Source: Eledone cirrhosa
Taxonomy: Eukaryota
Direction: 5' to 3'
Assembly: GCA_964016885.1 (NCBI GenBank)
Contig: OZ024754.1
Span: 33,728,001 to 33,792,000 of the forward strand
Length of the DNA: 64,000 bases
Part shown: positions 38,661-52,800 of the stretch, piece by piece
Position numbering within the stretch: the first letter of the stretch is position 1
Layout: each line of letters starts with the position of its first letter
Made by a program: the position numbers and the translations under genes
The notes under the pieces: generated by a model
What the model was told of the DNA's origin: nothing
Database searches by the model: none
What the model saw: only the letters and a program-made list of their open reading frames with translations

Positions 38661-39771
38661 TGTATTCATTTTATTCCTGTTTGTCTTTTATTTAAAAAAA
38701 CACAGCTTTATTGTTTTATATATTTTATGAAAGATTACTTGGGCTGGTGTATCGTCAATGACCACGCTTCTGGCTAGCACCTCTTACTACTGTCTCAGTT
38801 GAAGAATCCATCTTGAATTACAAATAAACAAACATTTTTTTCAAATTAATATAATTTCTAAAAGGCAGAACACTGTTCTACCCTGGAGGGGAGAGAGGAT
38901 AGAGTAGCTATCTCCAAAAGTTCCAGTGAACCCTTGTTTACAAAATGAAACAAGTATTTTGATTCATCAAATAAATCATTGTAGAATTTAACTTTTCAGG
39001 GAGCTATATGAAATGATGTCCATACACTCCATCACACAAGGTCAGGGCTCGCTCCAACTCCTCTTTCAGGGACATTTGGAAATTTGCCTGGTTATTCACA
39101 ACACAAAGGCGTGTCCAGAGCTAGTGCTACCATTAAAGTCACCTAGGCAGCTGCCTAGAGTGCTTATCTCAGAGTGGCCTACATATAACTAAAATATATA
39201 TTTTCCTACGATCAATAAATAAATCGCTAAAAATCTTTGCCACGGAAATATTCTAAGTGATAAAGAAGGTTGTATAGTCTTATTATCTGTCACGGGAATT
39301 GGTGTGGGTGAGTGCAGACTGTGTAGTGGAAAATGCAGGTTTAGTAATTTTCTTAGCTCACTAAGAAAATTACTAAACCTTCATTTTCCATTACATAATC
39401 TGAACTCACCCATGCGAAATCATGTCAAAGCAAACTGTAAGTTGAAATTATTTTAGTTTTGAAAATGAAATGAACATTGTAGAGCTAGCCTAAGGTGCTA
39501 AATACCCAGACTTCAGCTCTGAGTGTGCCACTTTCATTCTTGCTCTTTTTTTGATAAATTTCTCAAGGAAAGAAATACTATCTTTCTTGGTAATCTTACC
39601 TATATTTCCTATTTTCCTTGGAACTGTCTCATATCAAGGAAGTCCTTATAACACATAACAGTAGGAAAGGAGTAGTTTTTGTTGGTGATGATGTCATTGT
39701 TTGTAGAATATTTTATACCAAGTTTGAAAATACTCCTAGTTCTATAATACAAAGCAATTTATTTTAAAATG

Positions 39772-40145
39772 TTTATATTTATCCAAAAACCTTTCATCAT
39801 AATTTTATGTAAGAACTTTTATTAACTTATGTTCCAAACACCAGCTTAATAATGAAAAAGTTAGTTATATTATTAAATCCCTTCAAATTTATATTTTCCA
39901 AATTATTTGAAAATCATAAGCAGTGTCTTTAATTAGAAATATAGTAACAAAAGTGTCAAAATATTTATACATATCTAAAACCTTTCATCATAATTTTATG
40001 TAAGAACTTGTGTTAAGTTATGTTCCAAAGACCAGCTTAATAATGAGAAAGTTAGTCATATTACTAAATCCATTCAGATTCTTGATTATTTTCAAAATGA
40101 TATGAAAATGATAGGCAGTGTCTTTCATTAGAAATATGGTAACAC
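39772..40145. repeat. ~190-bp tandem duplication
   Basis: aaaacctttcatcataattttatgtaagaactt..ccagcttaataatga..attagaaatat occurs twice. Confidence 0.85.
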
Positions 40146-40647
40146 AATGATAAAGTTACCATTTTCAACACAATTCCTTATTGTGCTTCTTAAAGTTCAA
40201 CAGTAATTGTTTATTTGTAAGACCATTTGTTCCATTGTCATGTTGTCTGAGTGTTTTAATGTGTCTTTATGTTTGAAAGACCTTAAACTGTTTCATTATG
40301 TCTTCTGGTGATTATTAGCCTGAGGAAATATCTAAAATTATTTTTGAGAATTTTATAAGATATTTATGTCACCATGTTTCTGTTTGTTCTCTCCGGGGGA
40401 ATATTATCTTGGGCTTAGAATTGGCATTAAATTTTGAGTCATTAAATTTAGAGTAATTGTTGCAGCTCTCTGAACCCAGAGTTGAGTTCAACACTAACAC
40501 TACCAACATTTATAATAATATACTTTAGCTCTGTACTTAACATAGAGCACTCTTTTTCCTTTATCTAGACTAAGGAAACAATTGACCCTACATATGAACA
40601 TTTTAGTAAATTATTTTGGACAGGGGGATGTTGATGTTCATTTGAAT

Positions 40648-41165
40648 ACTGGGGTTGATAAAATATAGTACCAGTCATGTGCTGGGGTTGATAAAATATA
40701 GTACCAGTCATGTGCTGGGGGTTGATATAATATAGTACCAGTTATGTGCTGGGGATTGATATAATATAGTACCAGTCATATGCTGAGGTTGATATAATAT
40801 AGTACCAGTCATGTGCTGAGGTTGATATAATATAGTACCAGTTATGTGCTGGGGTTGATATAATACAGTACCAGTTATGTGCTGGGGGTTGATATAATAT
40901 TGTACCAGTTATGTGCTGCTGGGGGTTGATATAATATTGTACCAGTTAAATACTGGGGCTTGATAAAATAAAGTACCACTCATGTGCTGGATGTTGATAT
41001 AATAAAGTACCAGTAATGTGTTGAGAGTTGATAAAATAAAGTACCAGTTATGTGTTGGCGGGTTGATAAAATAGAGTACCATTCAAATACTGGGGTTGAT
41101 TTAATAAAGTACCAGTCATGTGCTGAGAGTTGATAAAATAATGTACCAGTTATGTGCTGGGGTCA
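40648..41165 (+). repeat. ~34-bp array (about 14 copies) derived from the SINE A core
   Basis: GGGGTTGATAAAATA(T/A)AGTACCAGTCATGTGCT versus SINE A GGGGTCGATAAAATAAAGTACCAGTAATGCACT. Confidence 0.88.
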
Positions 41166-42217
41166 CTAAATCAACTAAACCCTCCATTTCAGAATGTATA
41201 ATCCTTGTGTTAGAATTCCCTCCTACAATAAATGGTGAACTAGCAGAGTTGTTAGAGTGTTTTATTATATAACTTGTGGTATTTGTTCCAGCTCATTTTG
41301 CTCTGAGTTCAAATCTCACTGAAATCAACTTTGCCTTTTGACCTTTTTGGGGCCAATAAAGTACCAGTCCAGTCCAGTCCAGTCCAGTGACGATGGATTG
41401 GTGGAATTGATAAAGAGTCAGACAGGATGCTTTACAGTATCTCATCTAGATCTGTGCAGTATAAGTTCCAATCCTGCCTCCTTCTACAAGGAGCTGTAGT
41501 TGTCAGCTCAGCCATAGAAACATAGTTTCCCTGGTCGGATCTGACAATCAACTCTTTTCATCTGCTAGGAATTATGACCTGACAGATAATATCAGCAATG
41601 GAAAGACAAATGGAGACATTATTTCTTTGGTCCTTTCTAATGATCAGATCAGCTCCTTTCTTCTGACAAAAGTTGCAACTAACAGATAGTATCAGCAATG
41701 GAAAGACCAATGGAAATATTGTTTCTTTGAATTGATCTAATTATGAGATTCTCTCTCCTTTCTTCTGCCAGAAATTATGACCTGATAAACAGTTTCAGCA
41801 ATGGAAGAACAAATAGAAATATTACTTCCTTGGTCTAATCTAAATATCTTAGAAATATGAAAATATGTAAATATATTTTACTGAAGAATTGGTCTGAAAG
41901 GCATTGCTAAAAAGCCTGTTATTCAGTTACCATTTCATTACTTTTCTGGAGGACATGAAGCAAACTAAATTTTCTTTAATATATTCTTACATTATATATT
42001 TCCATATTTCTATCAGTGTGAGTTTTTTCTGGTGTGCTGCTGTTTTAAATATTTTTAAATTATAAATAAAACGTTAAAAATATATATATTTCGGAACCTG
42101 TTTCATTATATTAGAAAATATTTGTTTTTTATGTTAAAAATTTATTGAAAAATTTGACAAATTTGATAATTTTACCATAAAATGTTCCATTCTATTCAAT
42201 CTTTTCTTTGTCACATG

Positions 42218-42274
<57 letters not shown>

Positions 42275-43329
42275 TGTATTTATATATATATATATATGTG
42301 TGTGTACAGCTACTCTTCACTCAATCTTAACCATTTTCTCATTTAAAGATTGCTCACACTTATAACAAAAAATATTTTATTGATATTTTATGTATTTTTT
42401 AAATTACTTTAATGCAGTTTTTATATTTTTTATGTTATGCATATTTGGATGTTCTTTAGCCAGGAAATAATTTTTATGTATTTCAAAATAATTTTTTTTT
42501 AAATGTTTGTAAGAATTTTGCAAAGTGAAACAGATTGAGTTACTAAGTTACTGTTTCCATTAGACATTTACATGTGTATTTCTTTATTCAAACAAGTTAT
42601 AATTGTTTCTACTTTTGGCACAAGGCCAGCAATTATCCCAGTGTATTACTGGTACTTTATTTTATCGACCCCATAAGGATGAAAGGCAAAGTTAACCTCG
42701 GTGGGATTATCTTTGCCTTTCATCCTTACGGGGTCCATAATGAAAATTATTGTGTACAGTGCTCAGGTGCATTACAACTCATCAAAGGTGCATGTATAGT
42801 CCATAGAGTAATGTAGAATATGTTATATAAAACTGATATTTGGTAACTTTTCATATTCCCATGGACTCTATCACCTGTCAGGTGACATTAGAATAATGTC
42901 TAAAGATATTTCATGGCCAGCCAAGTTTGTAGAACAGATCCTGGTCGTTAAATGAGGAGTTTATTTAACAACCAATTCATTTTACGACTGACTAGGTCAG
43001 TGGAACAGATTATGGTTAAGGAGTAGCTGTATATATATACATGTGGGTGGGGTATGTATGTATTCATGTGTATATCTATGTGCATGTATATATCTTTTCT
43101 AAAGTGAAATTATTTTAAAAAAATTTTTTTTTTTTATATTCAAAACTCTGCTTGATATTCACATGTATATAAGTTTCACAATGAATTTTTTTTTTTTTTT
43201 TTTTCTTCAAAATTCTATTTATTTTGTGAATGTTTTCAAAGTGGTATTTCATTTGTGAGTAGTTCAATTATCATTGTATCAGTGCATTATAGCAAAATGA
43301 TAAAACACAACATTTTAAAACATCACAGA

Positions 43330-43600
43330 AGGAGCTGCAACCAATAGATGGTATCAAAAATGAGAAGACCAATGGGAACATCTTTTTCCTTGGTTTGATC
43401 CTATGATCTGAAGACAGTATCAGAAATGGGAAGACCAATGGGAACATCTTTTTCCTTGGTTTGATCTTATGGTCTGAAGACAGTATCAGAAATGGGAAGA
43501 CCAATGGGAACATCTTTTTCCTTGGTTTGATCTTATGGTCTGAAGACAGTATCAGAAATGGGAAGACCAATGGAAAGATAGTTCCTTGGTTTGATCTAAT
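43330..43600 (+). repeat. 66-bp array (4 copies) derived from the SINE C 3' module
   Basis: GAAGACCAATGG at 43364, 43430, 43496 and 43562; compare 51345-51395. Looser copies at 41580-41840. Confidence 0.85.
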
Positions 43601-43877
43601 TATTGACTCCTTTCATTTTTTAATGTTTTTTTTTGTTTTTTTGTTTGTTTGTTTGTTTGTTTGTTTGGTTTTTACAGAAATATCACTAAACAACAGATAT
43701 TGAAAAGAGAAACCATTTAATATTACAAATCCATGACAGAAAGTTAGATGTAGAAAGAGAAAACAAAAAAAAACATCAAAATTATATATTACTAGAATAT
43801 AAGCCATTGTTTTACAGACAGAATAAATGATATTCAGTTTCTTCACCAAACTTTAATAGAGCTATGTTTATGGACTA

Positions 43878-43935
<58 letters not shown>

Positions 43936-44097
43936 AAAGGTAAACAGAAATAACAACACAATTGGTACAGTATATGGTGGATAGACAGACAATACTGTTA
44001 ACAGAATGAAAGCATTTTAGAACTTTGCCATCTGCTTCTGTTTTTGTCTTACATTTGTGTACCATGAATAAAAATTTTAGAATATATTTAACAAAGC

Positions 44098-44320
44098 ATA
44101 GCATTTGTGTGTGACAGACGACTAAAAAGGTTGTCCAGTTATTGTTATATAAATAGCATTTGTGTGTGACAGACGACTAAAAAGGTTGTCCAGTTATTGT
44201 TATATAAATAGCATTTGTGTGTGACAGACGACTAAAAAGGTTGAACAGTTATTGTTATATAAATAGCATTTGTGTGTGACAGACGACTAAAAAGGCTGTC
44301 CAGTTATTGTTATATAAATA
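44098..44320. repeat. 55-bp tandem repeat, 4 copies
   Basis: ATAGCATTTGTGTGTGACAGACGACTAAAAAGGTTGTCCAGTTATTGTTATATAA. Confidence 0.93.
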
Positions 44321-44668
44321 TGTTTCTATATTATTGCTTGTATATTTTTTTGTTAATGGTCAATTTTGTACTTTGGTACTTTGATAGTAAATCTTTCTTT
44401 AACCCTTTTGATGCTTACCCACTGCAAACCATCCCTGATTCTATTGTAAAAAAAATGTTTATCTTAACCCTTTAAATACTGTAGAGACATATAGATCCCA
44501 AAATAAATTTTCAGATTCTACTGAATTCTCTTTCCAATAAGTAGTTATTTTTCTTATTTTTATTGTTAATCATATTGAGAAATATGGATAATACTGGGAT
44601 AAAGTTGTCCCATTATATTACATCTTTATGTAATGGCTACTTAGACATTCAACTTTATAAATAAAGTA

Positions 44669-44737
<69 letters not shown>

Positions 44738-46669
44738 TCAAGAAATATGTGACAAAATAATCAATGGTAAAATGGGACGTTGGCTTATATTCAAGGCCAA
44801 TATTTTGACAATTTTCACCAACTTCAAATTCTGGTGCTAAAATATCTGGAGTGATTATTTTACAATGAAACACTGTTTTTCTACATCACCATTGATGTTA
44901 TTTATGAATTCCCTTGAGAACATTCCCCAACATTTTTATAATTTGAACTTTTTAATGCACAAATATCCTCAACACATATATGCACACACACATGCGCCAA
45001 CTGTTTTTCTCTGGCTTAATTATACTTTTTCTTTCAATTTTACTTCTATCTTGTATTTTATTGCTCTCATTCCTTTCTTTTGCTCTCACCTTCTCATTTT
45101 CTTTCTTTTGTTCCCTTCTATTGCTCTCACCTTTTCTTTCTTTTGTTCCCTTCTATTGCTCTCACCTTTTCTTTCTCTTGTTCTGCTTCTCTCTCTCACT
45201 TACTGTCTTTCCCTCCTCCTTCTACTTTGAATCCTTATACAATGTTCTCTTAGACAATTGCTTTCTTTCAACTATTTTCTATTCGTTATGTCCCCTTCAA
45301 AGTTAACCTCAAATCCCGCCGAGGTTAACTTTGCCTTTCATCCTTACGGGATTGATAAAAAAAAGTACCACTCACGCACTGGGGTTGAATTAATTAACTT
45401 TCCCCTCCCCTTCAAATTGCTGGCCTTGTGCCATTATGTCCCCTTGCACATAGTTTCAATCTCCCCCTAGTGTTTTTAATGATCTCCATAACAGTTAAAG
45501 AAAATTTCTTTTTAAACAATATCTTAAATTCTAAATATAACTCGATGTGTTAAAAAGGATAGGTTAATGATATATCAAATTTTAGTGGTTCTCAAGTAAT
45601 AATCTGGCTGATTTAAATAGTGTCTGCTTTCCTTGCTAGCAATGGTTGGATAGCCCTTCGCAAACTGAGTCAGTATTGAAGCAATTGGTGTTCCACATGT
45701 CACTTATATATGACCCCTCATTCTACTGAGTGTATTTTATCATGGCACCAGTACTAGGGAAGTTGTTATGCCTTTGACAAACTGAATGGTCTTCCTAACT
45801 CTTTGTTAATAGCAACCATACTAGTTCTTTCTTTGTTTTTTTTAGATCAATCGACAAGATCTCAGACCTCATTTACTTACCAAGTGGGGTGAAACTTGTC
45901 AAATCGAACTAAGGAAACAATGATTCTATTGGTCTTTCCATTGCTAGGACTATCTACCGGTTGCAACTCCTGGCAGAATAAGCAGCGGGAAATAAGGTGT
46001 CTTGTTCAAAGACATAGCGCATCGCCAATTCACTAACCCACCCACCTTCACAATTAGTTTTGTTCTAGTTTTTCAATAATTGAAAAGCAATAATATCTAA
46101 AATTTTCTTTTGTTGAGATAATTCATTGTATACAAAGACAAGAAGCATTTTAAGGCTATCTTCCCTGCTAAAGTAAGGGGTTAGATCTGTGGTACCCTGC
46201 AACAGAAGTAGCTAAAAGTGAACTTAAACACAGAAACGGATAGTAAAGACAAACCTCCAGTTTAGAAAGCTACACACCAATTTATAAAAATTAATATTAC
46301 TATTTACACTACTTAAGGTTGTTTGTATAAACTAAATGGATGGAACATATTTACAAACAACACAATAACATCAAAAACAACTAATGTGTAGCTGCATGCA
46401 CTTAAAGCAAATGGAAAACAAAACTTGGTAATGTCTCAGAACATTAATTAAAAAGAAACAACAACAACAATAATAATAATATCATTGACAGTGCAATGCA
46501 ATCACTGTTTTATATTATATGCAAGACCCACCTTTATACAAACAGAAACATATATAGTAAATTCACTTTAAGTAATATCTAATATTTACAACCATAAACA
46601 GCAAGTGATTATATACAAAAAGTGACACTACTACTATCTTTATTATTATCATTGTCATTATTAGCAGAA

Positions 46670-47152
46670 CTAGCAGGAAAACCACCCTTCGGGTGGTTTT
46701 CTGCTAGCATGTATAGTGTGTATATTGATATTATATGCAGGTATATATGCATGTAGATATTTTACATCAAATAAAATCGTAATTGACAATATCCACAGAA
46801 ATTGAACGAAGACTGCGTTACACTGTCTTAAGTAATCAGTAACGTAATCTATGATACATTAAAAAAAAACGATATTATATATAAACTGCATTAGGAGAAA
46901 ATTAGTGATGGAAATATATGAATGTTTATTTAAGCGATTGCTAACCGGAAGTGTTGATATTTGGGAATTTTAAAGAAGTGAATCTTTAAATAAGCAATAA
47001 AATATATTTAATCAACAGCTACGAAATTTAGTAGATAAATTATGTAATATTCATTCATTATTTATTCAAAGTAATCCAACTTACTTTACTAACTGGATTA
47101 AAAGAAATAAACTGTATGCAGTCCCGCACTCCTTACTTTATTATAGTTTAGA
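46670..47152 (-). mobile_element. Non-autonomous Helitron
   Basis: Minus strand: A|TCTAAACTATAATAAAG ... hairpin (AAAACCACCC-GAA-GGGTGGTTTT) ... CTAG|T, the canonical TC/CTAG termini at an A^T site. Confidence 0.82.
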
Positions 47153-47407
47153 TTGTTATTATTAGCAGAAGTGTTAGGGCATCAGACAAATGCTTTGTGG
47201 TATTTGTTCTGGTTCTTTACATTGAAAGTTCTAAACTCACAAAGTTCAACTTTGCCTTTCATCCTTATGAGGTCAATAAGAGAAAACACTAGTCAAGTAG
47301 TAAGGTTGATGTATTGGGTCGTTAAGAATGAAATTTGTAGAAAAATATCTACAAATTTATACTTGACGTCCCAATAATTAATCACCCTGCCCTTCAAAGA
47401 TGGCTGG

Positions 47408-48912
47408 CCTATGTCTAAATAACTAGGGTTTGTGTAACTGACCACCCTCCCCTCGGAAATCTCTAACCTGTGTCTAAATAACTAGGGTTGGTGTAACTGA
47501 CCACCCTCCCCTCGGAAATCTCTGACCTGTGTCTAAATAACTAGGGTTGGTGTAACTGACCACCCTCCCTTCGGAAATCTGTAGCCTGTGTCTAAATAAC
47601 TAGGGTTGGTGTAACTGACCACCCTCCCCTCGGAAATCTCTGGCCTGTGTCTAAATAACTAGGGTTGGTGTAACTGACCACCCTCCCCTCGGAAATCTGT
47701 AGCCTGTGTCTAAATAACTAGGGTTTGTGTAACTGACCACACTCCCCTCGGAAATCTGTAGCCTGTGTCTAAATAACTAGGGTTTGTGTAACTGACCACC
47801 CTCCCCTCGGAAATCCCTGGCCTGTGTCTAAATAACTAGGGTTGGTGTAACTGACCACCCTCCCCTCAGAAATCCCTGGCCTGTGGCTAAATAACTAGGG
47901 TTGGTGTAACTGACCACCCTCCCCTTGGAAATCCCTGACCTGTGTCTAAATAACTAGGGTTGGTGTAACTGACCACCCTCCCCTCGGAAATCCCTGGCCT
48001 GTGTCTAAATAACTAGGGTTGGTGTAACTGACCACCCTCCCCTTGGAAATCTGTAGCCTGTGTCTAAATAACTAGGGTTTGTGTAACTGACCACCCTCCC
48101 CTCGGAAATCCCTGGCCTGTGTCTAAATAACTAGGGTTGGTGTAACTGACCACCCTCCCCTCAGAAATCCCTGGCCTGTGGCTAAATAACTAGGGTTGGT
48201 GTAACTGACCACCCTCCCCTTGGAAATCCCTGACCTGTGTCTAAATAACTAGGGTTGGTGTAACTGACCACCCTCCCCTCGGAAATCCCTGGCCTGTGTC
48301 TAAATAACTAGGGTTGGTGTAACTGACCACACTCCCCTCAGAAATCCCTGGCCTGTGTCTAAATAACTAGGGTTGGTGTAACTGACCACCCTCCCCTCAG
48401 AAATCCCTGGCCTGTGGCTAAATAACTAGGGTTGGTGTAACTGACCACCCTCCCCTTGGAAATCCCTGACCTGTGTCTAAATAACTAGGGTTGGTGTAAC
48501 TGACCACCCTCCCCTCGGAAATCCCTGGCCTGTGTCTAAATAACTAGGGTTGGTGTAACTGACCACACTCCCCTCAGAAATCCCTGGCCTGTGTCTAAAT
48601 AACTAGGGTTGGTGTAACTGACCCCACTCCCCTCGGAAATCTCTGACCTGTGTCTAAATAACTAGGGTTGGTGTAACTGACCACCCTCCCTTCGGAAATC
48701 CCTGACCTGTGTCTAAATAACTAGGGTTGGTGTAACTGACCACCCTCCCCTCGGAAATCCCTGGCCTGTGTCTAAATAACTAGGGTTGGTGTAACTGACC
48801 ACCCTCCCTTCGGAAATCTCTGGCCTGTGTCTAAATAACTAAGGTTGGTGTAACTGACCCCACTCCCCTCGGAAATCTCTGGCCTGTGTCTAAATAACTA
48901 GGGTTGGTGTAA
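47408..48912 (+). repeat. 59-bp minisatellite (about 25 copies) derived from the SINE A 3' region
   Basis: Unit CCTGTGTCTAAATAACTAGGGTTGGTGTAACTGACCACCCTCCCCTCGGAAATCCCTGG versus SINE ctggggtcgatttaatcgactttcccctcccc..aaattgctggccttgtgcctaaa. Confidence 0.9.
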
Positions 48913-49073
48913 TCAAATTCCCTCCCATGCGGGCCTTGTGTTAAAACAAGGCACCATTGAGGATGTTGGAGTGGCAGAATTGTTAGAGCATCAGATAATA
49001 TGCTTTGCTGTATTTGGTCAAATAATGTAACTGAGGTCAACTGTACCTTTTATCCTTCCAGGGTCAATAAAAT

Positions 49074-49258
49074 ATGGGGGTCAACTAAAAAGTTCATAAG
49101 CTGACCAAGATACTCTCATGGAATGACCAAATGAGGTTTATTTTTCAACATTAGTCCCTGGAAAGAAGCAATGTGTTTATTAATATGAAGAGTTCAAAAT
49201 TAATGCAGGCAAGATTTCACAGTTCTTGCATCACACCTTCATAGTCAGCCTACCCTCG
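49074..49258 (+). mobile_element. mariner-derived MITE
   Basis: TA-TGGGGGTCAACTAAAAAGTTCATAAGCTGAC ... GTCAGCCTACCCTCG-TA; degenerate TIRs with TA flanks. Confidence 0.55.
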
Positions 49259-49354
49259 TAAAGCATGAATAAATTACTGTGGTTGATGAAATTAAGTTTT
49301 CCTTCCCACCCAAAACTGCTGACCTTGTGCCTAAATTACAAATCATTATTAAGG

Positions 49355-49953
49355 GTGAAAGATTGGCAGAATCGGTAGAGGGTCGGACGCCATGCTTTCC
49401 AGCATAGTTACGTCCCTTTACGGTCTGAGTTCAAATCCTGTCGAGATTTACTTTGCCTTTCATCCTTACGGGGTCGATAAAATAAAGTACCAGTAATGTA
49501 CTGGGTAATTGCTGGCCTTGCGCCAAAAGTAGAAACAGTTATTAAGGATGAAGGATTGACAGTATTGGTAAAGCATCAGACACCATGATTTGTGGCATAG
49601 AGTTACAGCCCTCTACATTTCGAGTTCAAATCCTGTCGAGGTTAGCATTACTTTTCATCCCTATGGTGTACCTTAAAATAAAGCACCAATAGGGCACTGG
49701 GAATAATTTAATCGACTCTCCTCTCCCCTGTAATTGTTGGCCTTGTGTCTAAATCAGAAACCATTTGGATTGGCAGTATTGGTAGAGGGTCGGACGCCAT
49801 GCTTTCCAGCATAGTTACGTCCCTTTACAATCTGAGTTCAAATCCCGCCGAGGTTGACTTTGCCTTTCATCCTTACGGGGTCGATAAAATAAAGTACCAG
49901 TAATGCACTGGGTAATTGCTGGCCTTGTGCCAAACGTAGAAACAATTATTATT
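49355..49953 (+). mobile_element. Three head-to-tail SINE A copies
   Basis: Heads near 49360, 49553 and 49767, each followed by the core and tail. Confidence 0.85.
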
Positions 49954-50056
49954 CTGTTGTTTAGGTGTGTGTGTGTGTGGTGTCAAAGTTTCTGTAGACT
50001 AGATAAATGGAAAAGAGCACTATCTAAAATATAGAGCTAAAGTATAATATCATAAA

Positions 50057-50243
50057 TAAATTCTCAACACTACCTAAGGTTTCAAAGGCTTACTCTAGCA
50101 TAGATCTTAGAGACAGTATACCTGCTAGAGTTAATTATTATTAGCTGAAAGATAAACAACACTAGCAAATAGACCATTCTCTAAGACCTATGCTAGAGCT
50201 GGCTATGAAACCTTAGGTAGCATGCAACTGTATTGAGAATTTA
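50057..50243. mobile_element. Fold-back palindrome with hammerhead-like core; solo arm at 56098-56200
   Basis: CTGAAAGA 50145-52 ... GAAAC CTTAG GTA^GCA 50207-22. Confidence 0.5.
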
Positions 50244-51206
50244 ATAATAATTGTTTCTACTTTTGGCACAAGGCCAGCAATTACCCAGTACATTACTGGT
50301 ACTTTATTTTATCGACCCCGTAAGGATGAAAGGCAAAGTTAACCTCGGCGGGATTTTGTGGGCAGTGTCTGGTCGGCTGACCATGCCTTGCTCATACAGG
50401 AACTGATTTTGGCTTGATTTCTACAGGTGGATGCCCTTCCTAACACCAACCTCATTTACAGTGAGTGCTGGGTGCTTTTTTCCGTGGCACCTACACGTCC
50501 ACTTTACAGTGTGGGCTATATATATAAAATAAAAATATATATATAAAATAAAAATATATATATAAAATAAAAAGGAATCGAATTTTATTATTGATATTTG
50601 AAAAACTCAGATTACATTTATTGTATTCAGCTATGTAGAGCGATAAAAAAAAAATTCTATTTTATTTATATATGTATATATATATATATATGTAAAAGGT
50701 AAACAGAAATAACAGCACAATCGGTACAGTATATGGAAGGGATATATTAGGTTAACACTTATTCATATATGGTTGGTGTTAGGAAAGGCATCCAGCCGCA
50801 GAAAACCTGCCAGATAGTCCTATACGAGTGAGACACAGTTACCCAACCATTCTTGCCTCAAGTGGGAAATTCCTGTCTAACCCATGCTAGCATGGAAGAT
50901 AGACATTTAACGATGATGATGATATATATATATATATTCATATATATATATATATTCATATATATATATATATATATATATTCATATATATATATATATA
51001 TTCATATATATATGTATATATATATATATATTCATATATATATGTATATATATATATATATTCATATATATATGTATATATATATATATATTCATAGAAT
51101 TAGCCGTCGAAACGGCTTGAGCTCAGCTGTCGGGGTCTTACTGGTTCCTATATTCATATATATATATATATATATATATATTCATATATATATGTGTGTG
51201 TGTGAA

Positions 51207-51420
51207 GGCATGTGACTGAGTGGTTAGAGAATTGGATTCACAATCATGAGTTGTGAGTTCGATTCCTGGACCAGGCGACAATGCGTTATGTCCTTGAGCA
51301 AGACACTTTATTTCACGTTGCTCCTTCTACCTGGAGTTGTGACCAATAGATAGTATTAGCAATTGGAAAGACCAACGGAAACATTGTTTCCCCGGTCCGA
51401 TTTGACGAAAGTCGATCGAC
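51207..51420 (+). mobile_element. SINE family C
   Basis: TGACTGAGTGG A-box, GAGTTCGATTCC B-box, CCTTGAGCAAGACACT core, tail ..GGAAAGACCAACGGAAACATTGTTTCC..GTCGATCGAC. Confidence 0.82.
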
Positions 51421-51437
51421 TGTCTCTCTCTCTCCCC

Positions 51438-51481
<44 letters not shown>

Positions 51482-51692
51482 TTCTTTTCTTTTCAATGGC
51501 TGACAATACCTTACCGGCGCCACTCGAATAAGGTAGTTATTTAACCCATAAATGGAGCCCTAACAGGTACTACTACTCTGGGCCAGGGCAGACCTGGGAG
51601 TTATGACAACTAAGGGGTAACTCCACATTCCCCACAACTCCTGAACTCCCAAACTGGAGCCTTGCCACTGGATGTAGTTTAATGTCATACCT

Positions 51693-51774
<82 letters not shown>

Positions 51775-52007
51775 ACCCATGAGGGATGAGCTATGCCAGG
51801 CTGTATTTGTCCAAAATATACTGCATAACCAGCATTGCCATGACCCTTGAAGGTCAAGAGAAAAGGGAAGTGCCGTGAAGTGAATGTGTATATAAATATA
51901 TGTGTGTATGTTTGTGTGCTTGTGTGTGTTTGTGTGTGTTTGTGTGTGTGTGTTTGAGAGATAGAATGAATATCTGTGTATAGTATTAAATAAATACACC
52001 AAGTATT

Positions 52008-52800
52008 ACCATCCAGCCTGATCACCATCTACCCTGATCAATATCTACCCTAATCACCGTCCAGCCTGATCACCGTCTACCCAGATCACCGTCTACCCTG
52101 ATCAATATCTACCCTGATCACCGTCCAGCCTGATCACCGTCTACCCAGATCACCGTCTACCCAGATCACCATCTACCCAGATCACCATCTACCCTGATCA
52201 CCATCTACCCAGACCACCATCTACCCTGATCACCATCTACCCTGATCACCATCTACCCTGATCACCGTCTATCCTGATCAATATCTACCCTGATCACCAT
52301 CTACTCTGATCACCATCTACTCTGATCACCATCTACTCTGATCACCATCTACCCTGATCACCATCTACCCTGATCACCATCTACCCTGATCACCATCTAC
52401 GCTGATCAATATCTACCCAGATCACCATCTACCCTGATCACAATCTACCCTGATCACCATCTACTCTGATCTCCATCTATGCTGATCAATATCTACCCAG
52501 ATAGATCACCATCTACCCTGATCAATATCTACCCTGATCAGCATCCAGCCCGATCACCATCTACCCAGATCACCATCTACCCTGATCAATATCTACCCTG
52601 ATCAGCGTCCAGCCCGATCACCATCTACCCAGATCACCATCTACCCTGATCAATATCTACCCTGATCAGTGTCCAGCTTTATCAATGCCCATCCTGATCA
52701 AAGTCCAACCTGATTAATGTCCACCCTGTTCACCATCCATCCTGATCATTGTCTACCCTGATCAACATCCACCCTGATCAATATCCACCCTGATCAACAT
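52008..52800. repeat. 16-bp minisatellite, about 49 copies
   Basis: TGATCACCATCTACCC. Confidence 0.93.
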
